Of a stretch of 64,000 nucleotides of DNA, positions 7,649 through 15,301 are shown one piece after another. The first letter of the stretch is position 1. Every line of letters begins with the position of its first letter. Location: contig JAZQXC010000012.1 of NCBI GenBank assembly GCA_045632645.1, forward strand, positions 16,966 through 80,965, written 5' to 3'. This stretch comes from Alphaproteobacteria bacterium (GTDB taxonomy: Bacteria > Pseudomonadota > Alphaproteobacteria > RF32 > CAG-239). The notes beneath the pieces are model-generated. The model did not search any database and had not been told where the DNA came from. It saw nothing but the letters and a program-made list of their open reading frames with translations. The translations under genes and the position numbers were made by a program.

Positions 7649-9484
7649 ATGGCTGATAGAATAGAATTTAAAACAGAAGTAAATAAGCTTCTTGATATTG
7701 TTATTAACTCTTTATATTCAGAAAAATATATCTTTTTAAGAGAGCTTATTTCTAACGCATCTGATGCTTTGGATAAACTTAAATATTTAAAACTTACGAA
7801 TCCTGATATAAAAACTGATGGAAGCTATAAAATTACTATCACTCCTAATAAAGATGAGGTTACTTTATCTATTTCTGATAATGGTATTGGTATGAATAAA
7901 GATGATTTAATAAATCATATTGGTACTATTGCAAAATCAGGAACAGCTGATTTTTTGAAAAATACAAAAGATAATACGTCAGTTGTTGATTTGATTGGTA
8001 AATTTGGTGTTGGTTTTTATTCTGCATTTATGGTTGCTAATAAGGTTGAAATTACAACTAAAAAAGCAGGTGAAAATGAGGCTTTTGTTTGGGTATCTAA
8101 TGGAATTGATGGATATACTATTGAAAAAACACAAAAAGAGCAAAATGGTACTGATATTAAATTATTCTTAAAAGATGATGCTAAAGATTTTATTGATACT
8201 ATTTATTTAAGAAATATTATTCATACCTATTCTGAACATATTGACTACCCTATTGTGTTAAATTTAGGAGAAGCTGGTGAAGAAACTGTTAATACAGCAA
8301 CAGCTCTTTGGACCAGAAATAAAGCAGATATAACTGAAAAGCAGTATATTGATTTTTATCAACATGTTACTAAAAACTTTGATGATCCATGGATGACGCT
8401 TCATTTTAAAGCTGAGGGTAGTATTGAGTATAGTGGTTTGTTATTTGTTCCAACAAAGGCGCCTTACGATTTGTTTCAACCTGATAGAATGAGTGGACTT
8501 AAATTATATGTTAATAAGGTATTTATTTCTGATAAGGTAGAAGGTTTGATGCCATTATATCTTCGTTTTGTTAAAGGTGTTATTGATAGCCAAGATTTAC
8601 CTCTTAACATTTCAAGAGAAATGCTTCAACAAAGTGCCTTAATTTCTAAGATTAGACAAGGTATCGTATCTAGAATTTTTAAAGAACTTAAAAATAAAGC
8701 CAAAGATGAAGAAAGCTATAATAAATTCTGGAATGCTTTTGGTATTGCGTTTAAGGAAGGTATTTATGAGGATTTTGCAAATAGAGAAGAAGTTGCAAGT
8801 TTGTCTCGTTTTTATACAACAAAATCAGTAGATAAACTTATATCTTTAGATCAATATATTGAGCGTTTAAGTGATAAACAAAAAGAAATCTATTATATTA
8901 CAGGAGATGATGCTAAGACATTAAGTTGCAATCCATCTTTAGAAATTTTTAAGCTTAATGATGTTGAAGTTTTATTATTAACAGATCCTATTGATGAATT
9001 TTGGACACAAACGTTACTTAACTACAAAGGTTATGAGTTAAAGCATATTAATCAAGCTAAATTGGATTTGGAGATTAAACGTAACGATGAAAAGGCAAAT
9101 GATGATAACTTAAATCTTTTAATTCAAAAAATGAATGAATGGTTTGTTGGCGAAGTTGGTAAGATAGAAATTACAGAAAAGCTATCAAATAGCCCTGCGA
9201 GCCTTGCTGTTAGTGAAGGACAGATGAGTATCCATATGGAACGCTTAATGCGTAATCACCAACAAAAAACAGCTTTTGATAGTACTAGAATCTTACAATT
9301 AAACCCATACCATCCTTTAATTATTAAATTATCATTATTAATTAAAGACGAGTGTAATATTGAAAGAGTAAAGGATGCATCTATGCTTATTTTAGAACAA
9401 GCTAAAATAGCTGAAGGTGAAGCTGTTTCTAATCCACAATTATTTAATGAGAAGCTTAGCGAATTTATCTTAAAGGCAATTTAA
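7649..9484 (+). CDS. htpG: Molecular chaperone HtpG (Hsp90)
   Basis: FKTEVNKLLDIVINSLYSEKYIFLRELISNASDALDKLKY and ISDNGIGM...IGKFGVGFYSAFMVA are GHKL/Hsp90 signatures. The ATG at 7649 follows the SD AAGGAG; the ORF track start at 7577 is probably too far upstream. Confidence 0.95.
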   Translation: MADRIEFKTEVNKLLDIVINSLYSEKYIFLRELISNASDALDKLKYLKLTNPDIKTDGSYKITITPNKDEVTLSISDNGIGMNKDDLINHIGTIAKSGTADFLKNTKDNTSVVDLIGKFGVGFYSAFMVANKVEITTKKAGENEAFVWVSNGIDGYTIEKTQKEQNGTDIKLFLKDDAKDFIDTIYLRNIIHTYSEHIDYPIVLNLGEAGEETVNTATALWTRNKADITEKQYIDFYQHVTKNFDDPWMTLHFKAEGSIEYSGLLFVPTKAPYDLFQPDRMSGLKLYVNKVFISDKVEGLMPLYLRFVKGVIDSQDLPLNISREMLQQSALISKIRQGIVSRIFKELKNKAKDEESYNKFWNAFGIAFKEGIYEDFANREEVASLSRFYTTKSVDKLISLDQYIERLSDKQKEIYYITGDDAKTLSCNPSLEIFKLNDVEVLLLTDPIDEFWTQTLLNYKGYELKHINQAKLDLEIKRNDEKANDDNLNLLIQKMNEWFVGEVGKIEITEKLSNSPASLAVSEGQMSIHMERLMRNHQQKTAFDSTRILQLNPYHPLIIKLSLLIKDECNIERVKDASMLILEQAKIAEGEAVSNPQLFNEKLSEFILKAI

Positions 9485-9498
9485 TATTAAACAAGGTA

Positions 9499-9533
9499 AA
9501 GGCGCACATTTTTTATATTTGTGCGCTTTTTTG
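9499..9533 (+). terminator. Putative terminator after htpG
   Basis: GCGCAC (9502-9507) pairs with GTGCGC (9521-9526) and is followed by a T-run. The loop is rather large (13 nt). Confidence 0.45.
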
Positions 9534-9639
9534 TGACTATAAATCAAATGGTTATATTTTATTATTAAAAAATGTGGAAAAAAATAAAAAAAGTACTTGC
9601 TATTATAAAAAATATTATATATAAATCATATTCGTGATT

Positions 9640-9715
<76 letters not shown>

Positions 9716-9721
9716 CTTAAA

Positions 9722-9748
9722 AAGCTCCCTTTTATGGGAGTTTTTTTG
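9722..9748 (+). terminator. Terminator after tRNA-Phe
   Basis: Hairpin GCTCCC-TTTTAT-GGGAG followed by a T7 run. Confidence 0.6.
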
Positions 9749-9855
9749 TGTTTGTTTTAAAATCCATTGACTTATCGATGTTTTTCTGCCCGCCTTTTGC
9801 TTGCAACGAACTCACTGTTGTGAATTCAAACCTAATTATGTTGCAATTTAGTCAT

Positions 9856-9882
9856 AAAAAAAAACTCCATTTACTGGAGCTT
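9856..9882 (-). terminator. Terminator after tRNA-Arg (minus strand)
   Basis: Read on the minus strand: CTCCA-GTAAA-TGGAG followed by a T9 run. Confidence 0.6.
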
Positions 9883-9889
9883 AAAAAAA

Positions 9890-9966
9890 TGGCGCACTCG
9901 GCGGGGTTCGAACTCACAACCTTCTGATCCGTAGTCAGATGCTCTATCCAGTTGAGCTACGAGTGC
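9890..9966 (-). tRNA. tRNA-Arg (ACG)
   Basis: The reverse complement is GCACTCGTAGCTCAACTGGATAGAGCATCTGACTACGGATCAGAAGGTTGTGAGTTCGAACCCCGCCGAGTGCGCCA. The anticodon loop is CTACGGA (ACG), the cloverleaf is canonical, and CCA is encoded. Confidence 0.93.
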
Positions 9967-10139
9967 TTGACTGGAGGTATTTATAGACACTCTTTTTTTA
10001 TTTGTAAAGAGTTTTTTTTATCTTTTTTTTGTTTTTTAGGTAACACATTGTTTTATTGATAATTTTTTTGAAGCAATCTTATTGATTTTTTGTGATTAAA
10101 TTCCTAAATAATGTATTAGATTAATTTAAGGAGTTTTAA

Positions 10140-10397
10140 ATGGAAATTGAATATATTTATCCTGATCCTGATGATAAGGATTTTAATAAACAAATTAAGC
10201 AAATGCATAAACAAAATATGATTGGATGTTTAGTCCTAGGTCTTTTGCTTTTAGGTGGGGTTTTTATTTTTTTAACGATGCTACCTATTATTCTTATAGT
10301 GATTGGTTACTCCATACTATTTTTAAGCATTTATATTGTTTATAAAGCTTATTTGGAGGATTTTGTGGTTAAAATTATTAATAAGCTTAGAGGATAA
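10140..10397 (+). CDS. Small membrane protein (85 aa, two hydrophobic segments)
   Basis: The SD AAGGAG lies upstream. The hydrophobic stretches are IGCLVLGLLLLGGVFIFL and LPIILIVIGYSILFLSIYIV. A terminator follows the gene. Confidence 0.5.
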   Translation: MEIEYIYPDPDDKDFNKQIKQMHKQNMIGCLVLGLLLLGGVFIFLTMLPIILIVIGYSILFLSIYIVYKAYLEDFVVKIINKLRG

Positions 10398-10429
10398 AAA
10401 ATACCCCGCTAAGTGCGGGGATTTTTTTA
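10396..10429. terminator. Bidirectional terminator between convergent genes
   Basis: CCCCGC (10404-10409) pairs with GCGGGG (10415-10420) around the loop TAAGT. It is flanked by an A-run and a T-run. Confidence 0.7.
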
Positions 10430-11239
10430 TTCATCGTCCTCATCATCTAAGAGATCATTGTCAAAATCTTCATTATCATAATCATCATCGTACTCTTCAT
10501 CGTCGAGCATATCATCTTGAGTATCTTGACCTTCTAGCATTAAAGCTTCTTGTATCTCTGATTTTTTACGACGACCTCTGCGTTTTTTGGCGGGAGCTTT
10601 TTTAGACAATGCTCCGATCACATAGTTGCCAACAATCTTATATAAATCTACTAAGTGTCCATTTAACATATGATCACCATCTTCAATAAGAGCAAAATCA
10701 ACATCAATGTGACGTTGTGTATTTAATCTTGATGCAAGTTGTTCAACAAGTTTAGCATTGACAATGTCATCTTTACCACCTTGAATCATAAGACCAGATG
10801 TTGGACAAGGTGCTAAGAAACTGAAATCTTTTTCATTTGCGGGAGGAGCTACTGCAATAAAATTATTAATATCTGGACGGCGCATAAGTAATTGTAACCC
10901 TACCCAAGCACCAAATGAATAGCCTGCTATCCAGCATTGACGAGCGTTAGGATGATTTGCTTGTAACCAGTCAAGAGCCATTGTCGCATCTGACAATTCG
11001 CCTGGACCATCTTCAAACTCTCCTTGTGAGCGCCCTACTCCTCTGAAGTTAAAGCGAAGTACAGAAAATCCCAAATCTTTAAAACAAGTAAACAACGCAT
11101 AAGCAACTTTGTTGTTCATTGTTCCACCATATTGAGGGTGTGGGTGTAAAATTAGTGCAACTGGAGCGTCATCTCTTTTGGCTTTATGAAAGCGCCCCTC
11201 TAGCCTTCCGGCATGTCCGTTAATTATTACTTCTACCAT
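10427..11239 (-). CDS. Alpha/beta-fold hydrolase with basic-then-polyacidic C-terminal tail
   Basis: ALILHPHPQYGGTMNNKV...LRFNFRGVGRSQGEF and the nucleophile-elbow-like AGYSFGA (G-x-S-x-G) indicate an alpha/beta hydrolase. The C-terminal ~58 aa read KKAPAKKRRGRRKK...DDMLDDEEYDDDYDNEDFDNDLLDDEDDE. Confidence 0.75.
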   Translation of the reverse strand: MVEVIINGHAGRLEGRFHKAKRDDAPVALILHPHPQYGGTMNNKVAYALFTCFKDLGFSVLRFNFRGVGRSQGEFEDGPGELSDATMALDWLQANHPNARQCWIAGYSFGAWVGLQLLMRRPDINNFIAVAPPANEKDFSFLAPCPTSGLMIQGGKDDIVNAKLVEQLASRLNTQRHIDVDFALIEDGDHMLNGHLVDLYKIVGNYVIGALSKKAPAKKRRGRRKKSEIQEALMLEGQDTQDDMLDDEEYDDDYDNEDFDNDLLDDEDDE

Positions 11240-11336
11240 TGTATAACTCTTTTTAACCTTGATTACATTTATTTTGTGTTTATTTTAATTGATAATTCTT
11301 AATTTGGATTTAACATTCTTTAGGAGTTTAGCAAAA

Positions 11337-11981
11337 ATGAAATCAAATTTCAAGCAATTTTTATCTGAACTAGATACGATTATCGCAAAAGATCCAGCTA
11401 CATCAAGTAGATTGGAGGCTTTTTTGTGTAGTCCTGGTTATCATGGTGTTTTGTTTTATAGGCTATCTTCGAAACTTTGGGATAAAAAATTAAGAATTTT
11501 AGCTAAACTTGTTTCGCTTATTGGTAGATTTTTTACTGGTATTGAAATTCATCCTGGGGCTAAAATTGGTAAAAACTTCTTTATAGACCATGGTATGGGG
11601 GTAGTTATTGGGGAAACTTCAGTTATTGGAGATAATGTTACAATGTATCATGGTGTAACTTTAGGGGGGACTCGTTCTTATGATGCATCTCAAAATGCAA
11701 GGCGACACCCGATTATTTCAGATAATGTTGTTATTGGGGCCGGTTCTTTAATTCTTGGGCCTATTACTATTGGTAAAAATGCTAAGATTGGCGCAAATGC
11801 TACTGTTTTAAAAGATGTTAGCGCTAACTCAACTGTTGTTGGAGTGGCGGCTCACAAGGTTAATAACCTTAAAAATAAAGAGTTTATACCGTATGGTGTT
11901 ACAAACAAAATGGAAGATCCATATGAGAAACATATTCTTGAGTTAGAAAAGAGAATTGCAAATCTTGAAAAATCTATTTAG
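11337..11981 (+). CDS. cysE: Serine O-acetyltransferase
   Basis: The left-handed beta-helix hexapeptide repeats [44 protein letters not shown] are the classic CysE core. The ATG at 11337 follows the SD AGGAG. Confidence 0.9.
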   Translation: MKSNFKQFLSELDTIIAKDPATSSRLEAFLCSPGYHGVLFYRLSSKLWDKKLRILAKLVSLIGRFFTGIEIHPGAKIGKNFFIDHGMGVVIGETSVIGDNVTMYHGVTLGGTRSYDASQNARRHPIISDNVVIGAGSLILGPITIGKNAKIGANATVLKDVSANSTVVGVAAHKVNNLKNKEFIPYGVTNKMEDPYEKHILELEKRIANLEKSI

Positions 11982-13075
11982 TATTTTGTGATGCAAGATA
12001 AGCTTGAAGGAAGATATCTATATCACCATCTAATACTGATTTATCATCAGATGTTTCAACCTCTGTTCTTAAGTCTTTAATCATTTTGTATGGTTGAAGA
12101 ACATAACTTCTGATTTGGTATCCCCAACCATTATCTCCTTGTTCTTCCCATTTTTTCTCAGCAATTGCTTCTTTTTTACGCTGCTCTATTTCATATAGTT
12201 TTGCTTTTAACATATTAAGAGCGTGTTCTCTGTTTGCAAATTGTGAACGTTCTGTTTGGCATGAAACAACAACACCTGATGGAATATGGGTTAGTCTTAC
12301 AGCTGACTCTGTTTTATTGACGTGTTGGCCTCCAGCTCCTGAGGAACGATATGTATCCATCTTTATGTCTGCTGGATTTAATTCTATATTTATTTTATCA
12401 TCAACACTTGGGTAAACCGTTACAGATGCAAAGCTTGTATGGCGCCTTGCGTTGCTATCAAATGGAGATATTCTAACAAGTCTATGCACTCCTGTTTCCC
12501 CTTTTAACCATCCGTATGCGTTTATTCCTGATATTTTAATTGTGGCAGATTTTAAGCCTGCAACATCGCCTTCTGTTTCTTCTATATATGAAACTTTATA
12601 TTTATTTTTTTCTGCCCAGCGTGTATACATTCTAAGTAACATTTCAGCCCAATCTTGTGCTTCTGTACCGCCAGAGCCGGAATGTACCTCGAGATAGGCA
12701 TCATTTTTATCTAATTCTCCTGATAATAATGATAAGAGTTCTTTTTGTTTTGCAGATGCTTTTAATTCTTCTAGATGGCTAAAAATGTCTTTTAGCATAT
12801 CTTCATCTTCTTCTATTTCTGCTAATTCTATTAATTCAATTGTATTATTTAGAGAATCGACAAGATTTTCATAAAATGATATATTTTCATCAAGTGTATT
12901 TTTTTCTGCAGTTAGCTTGAGAGCTTGTTCTTGATTATCCCATAAAGCAGGATCTGATGTAAGGTGTGTCAGCTCTTCTTGACGAAGTTTAGCGTTATCA
13001 TAGTCAAAGAAACCTCCTTAAGATTTCTTTGCTTTCGTTTATTTCGCTTATCAAGTTATAAAACTCTGCTCTCAT
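11974..13075 (-). CDS. prfB: Peptide chain release factor 2, expressed through a programmed +1 frameshift
   Basis: ORF0 (13075..13007) encodes [23 protein letters not shown] and runs into TGA. Shifting +1 at CTT-TGA-C gives [15 protein letters not shown]... and joins the 274-aa ORF, which contains the SPF-type tripeptide (RISPFDS) and the GGQ motif ([17 protein letters not shown]). Confidence 0.95.
13003..13018 (-). promoter_or_regulatory. prfB recoding site: internal SD-like AGGAGG, 3-nt spacer, slippery CTT TGA C
   Basis: The minus strand reads AGGAGG TTT CTT TGA C. This has the same architecture as the well-studied RF2 autoregulatory frameshift site. Confidence 0.9.
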
Positions 13076-13180
13076 GTTATATTCTCCATTAAAAATTTCA
13101 TTTAATTTGAATGAAAACTCTTTATTTGTAAAGTTTTTTTTAAACAAAACTTATTTAAATTATTATATAGAGAGGTTGAT

Positions 13181-13951
13181 ATGGAAAATTTAGATATAAA
13201 TTATAAGCATAGTGTTTATTTTAGAGAGCGTGAAGATGATATTAAATATATTGTTCTTCACTCAACTGCTTTTACCCCTACTAAGATGATAAAAGTATTT
13301 AATGAGCTTAAATTAAGTTCTCATTATATTGTGGGGAGAAAAGGTGAAATATATGAAACAGTTTCACCTTCAAAAGTGGCTTTTCATGCAGGAGTTAGTA
13401 AATGGCAGAATAGTCAGAATTTATCTTTGAATGATTGTTCGATAGGTATTGAGCTTGAGGCTCCTACCTTGGGGCAAAAAAGGAGTGATTTTACTAAAAA
13501 ACAAATAGCCTCTCTTGTTAGGTTGCTTAATAAACTTGTAAAAGATTATAATATCCCCTCTTATAATATCTTAGGACATAGTGATATTGCTGTTTTAAGA
13601 AAACCTGACCCTGGTGCATTATTTCCCTGGAAAAGGTTAGCAGAGCATGGGCTGGGTGTATGGTATGATTTAAGAAAAACTCTAAAAATTGATGATGAAA
13701 AAGAGTTACTTAGTTTGATTGGTTATGATGTGAGTAATATTATTGCAACACGTGTCGCTTTTTGCCGTCATTTTAATAATAAAGAAATAGATTGTTGTTT
13801 GAATGTAGATGAATTATTAAAGATGCCGGTTGATATTAATTTTAAAATTAAGGACTATTGTAGATATATGAAAATATTAAGAGCAGTTGCCTTTAGTTTT
13901 AATAATATTCATTTATTATTTTGTTGCATTGTCTCTAAAATTCTGCTATAA
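13181..13951 (+). CDS. N-acetylmuramoyl-L-alanine amidase (Amidase_2/AmpD-PGRP type) with C-terminal extension
   Basis: IVLHSTA...SSHYIVGRKGEIYETV...AFHAGVSKWQ...SIGIELE...LGHSDIA..RKPDPGALFPW matches the Zn-amidase_2 pattern. Confidence 0.8.
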   Translation: MENLDINYKHSVYFREREDDIKYIVLHSTAFTPTKMIKVFNELKLSSHYIVGRKGEIYETVSPSKVAFHAGVSKWQNSQNLSLNDCSIGIELEAPTLGQKRSDFTKKQIASLVRLLNKLVKDYNIPSYNILGHSDIAVLRKPDPGALFPWKRLAEHGLGVWYDLRKTLKIDDEKELLSLIGYDVSNIIATRVAFCRHFNNKEIDCCLNVDELLKMPVDINFKIKDYCRYMKILRAVAFSFNNIHLLFCCIVSKILL

Positions 13952-13976
13952 TGATAATGTAGTGGAGGATTTTTAG

Positions 13977-14570
13977 ATGATTACAAAGATTAAAATGGTT
14001 ATGCGTCTAAAGCTTTTTAAGCGCAAGTTTGTGCGCCCTCTTTTGTATTCTATTATAGCATCAATCATTCTTTATTTGCTTATTTCTAATATTGTAATAA
14101 GAAAAGAATTAAAAGATTTTGACAAACCTCACTTTACAATATCTTCTATTTCAACTAAATTTACAAAAGTTGAATATATGCATATGTTACTTACGATACA
14201 AGAAATATTAGAAGATACCCCATTTAAAGATGACTTGATTAGATTTGTAAATGCTTCTTTTCCAAATCCTTGTTCACCTTTATTAACAAGAGAACTTTAT
14301 CTAATGAACTGGGAGCCTCAGGCTTTTCTTATAAGAGTTAAGAAAATGTTTGAAATGCTGGAAATTTATGACCATATAAACAGAATTGATGAAAGTATTG
14401 CTTTTTTAGAAAATGATGCAAAATATAGCGATTATGCAATGGTTATAAGAGCTCAAATTGAAATTTTATTAAAAGAAAAAGAAGAAATATTGTCATCAGA
14501 AATTTCTGAGGCTGAATATAACTTTATCAAGGAATATGCAGGAATTGCAGTTAAATTAAAGAAAATCTAA
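13977..14570 (+). CDS. Hypothetical membrane-anchored protein (197 aa)
   Basis: One N-terminal hydrophobic segment, LLYSIIASIILYLLISNIVI. No motif recognised. Confidence 0.4.
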   Translation: MITKIKMVMRLKLFKRKFVRPLLYSIIASIILYLLISNIVIRKELKDFDKPHFTISSISTKFTKVEYMHMLLTIQEILEDTPFKDDLIRFVNASFPNPCSPLLTRELYLMNWEPQAFLIRVKKMFEMLEIYDHINRIDESIAFLENDAKYSDYAMVIRAQIEILLKEKEEILSSEISEAEYNFIKEYAGIAVKLKKI

Positions 14571-14572
14571 CT

Positions 14573-15202
14573 TTATGCAGTACCACTATGGCGAATGTAT
14601 GATTTCATGTCTATTTGACTTTTATCTTTAGCTCTTTGCCAGCGCTCGTTGTAATTTGTGTCGAACATTAGGTTTAAATCTGAATTTATAATGAGCCATT
14701 TATTGTTAAATATTTCCCATTCAAGCTGTCCAGCTTCCCACTTACAATGTCCCATTGCAATAATTTTTTTATCGGGACCAGAACCATCAAGAATTTCTTG
14801 TAAAATACCAAAAGATGTTGAGATAGCAATTTCTCCGTTAACTGTTGCTAGGGGATCGCTTGAAAGGTAGTCATCTTTAGGAAATAAAACGAATCCATGT
14901 GCTGGGTTTTCTGGTCCACCTTGGTATAGGTCTTCATACACATTTTTAAATTCGTGCTCATCTTGGTTTTTGCTACGTTTACACTCAATGCTTGCAGAAC
15001 CAAATAAGAGCTTATTTATCATTATGCCTTTTGTAGACTTGCTTGAACTTTCAGTAATATATATAACAGATTTATCATATAATTCATTTTCATCATTACC
15101 AATATAAACTAAACACTTACCTACTAGGCTTTTGTTTTTTGTATCTACTAAAAACTCATTGTTTTCATTTTCAATAAAATTATTTGTTGTATCTTTTTTC
15201 AT
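14573..15202 (-). CDS. YqgE/AlgH-family protein (UPF0301)
   Basis: SVIYITESS..STKGIMINK, LYQGGPENPAHGFVLF and GHCKWEAGQLEWEI..NKWLI are typical of the family. Confidence 0.7.
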   Translation of the reverse strand: MKKDTTNNFIENENNEFLVDTKNKSLVGKCLVYIGNDENELYDKSVIYITESSSKSTKGIMINKLLFGSASIECKRSKNQDEHEFKNVYEDLYQGGPENPAHGFVLFPKDDYLSSDPLATVNGEIAISTSFGILQEILDGSGPDKKIIAMGHCKWEAGQLEWEIFNNKWLIINSDLNLMFDTNYNERWQRAKDKSQIDMKSYIRHSGTA

Positions 15203-15301
15203 GTAAGCTGTGTCTTTCGTTTAAAAGTTTATTTACTTTTGGTAATTGTAATAATATTATTCCCTCATATATTAATATTGTTTTTAAATCAACTGTAAAA
15301 T

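Noticed and set aside
9749-9855. A slightly GC-richer ~100-nt spacer between the convergent tRNA-Phe and tRNA-Arg genes, with a 7-bp inverted repeat (TTGCAAC...GTTGCAA). Considered as an sRNA or att remnant.
   Set aside because: I could define no convincing promoter, terminator or stable structure. There is no similarity to the 3' ends of the neighbouring tRNAs. The evidence is insufficient.
10336-10605. 89-aa plus-strand ORF overlapping the end of the hydrolase gene.
   Set aside because: It is generated by the GAT/GAA-rich polyacidic tail read in reverse (an H/R/L-rich product) and it spans the intergenic terminator.
13181-13951. Considered the Amidase_2 protein as the missing endolysin of the T7-like remnant, since T7 lysozyme is an Amidase_2 enzyme.
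   Set aside because: It lies ~9 kb away, separated by housekeeping genes (htpG, tRNAs, cysE, prfB), on the opposite strand. It is longer than T7 lysozyme, so a host AmpD/AmiD-type enzyme is more likely.
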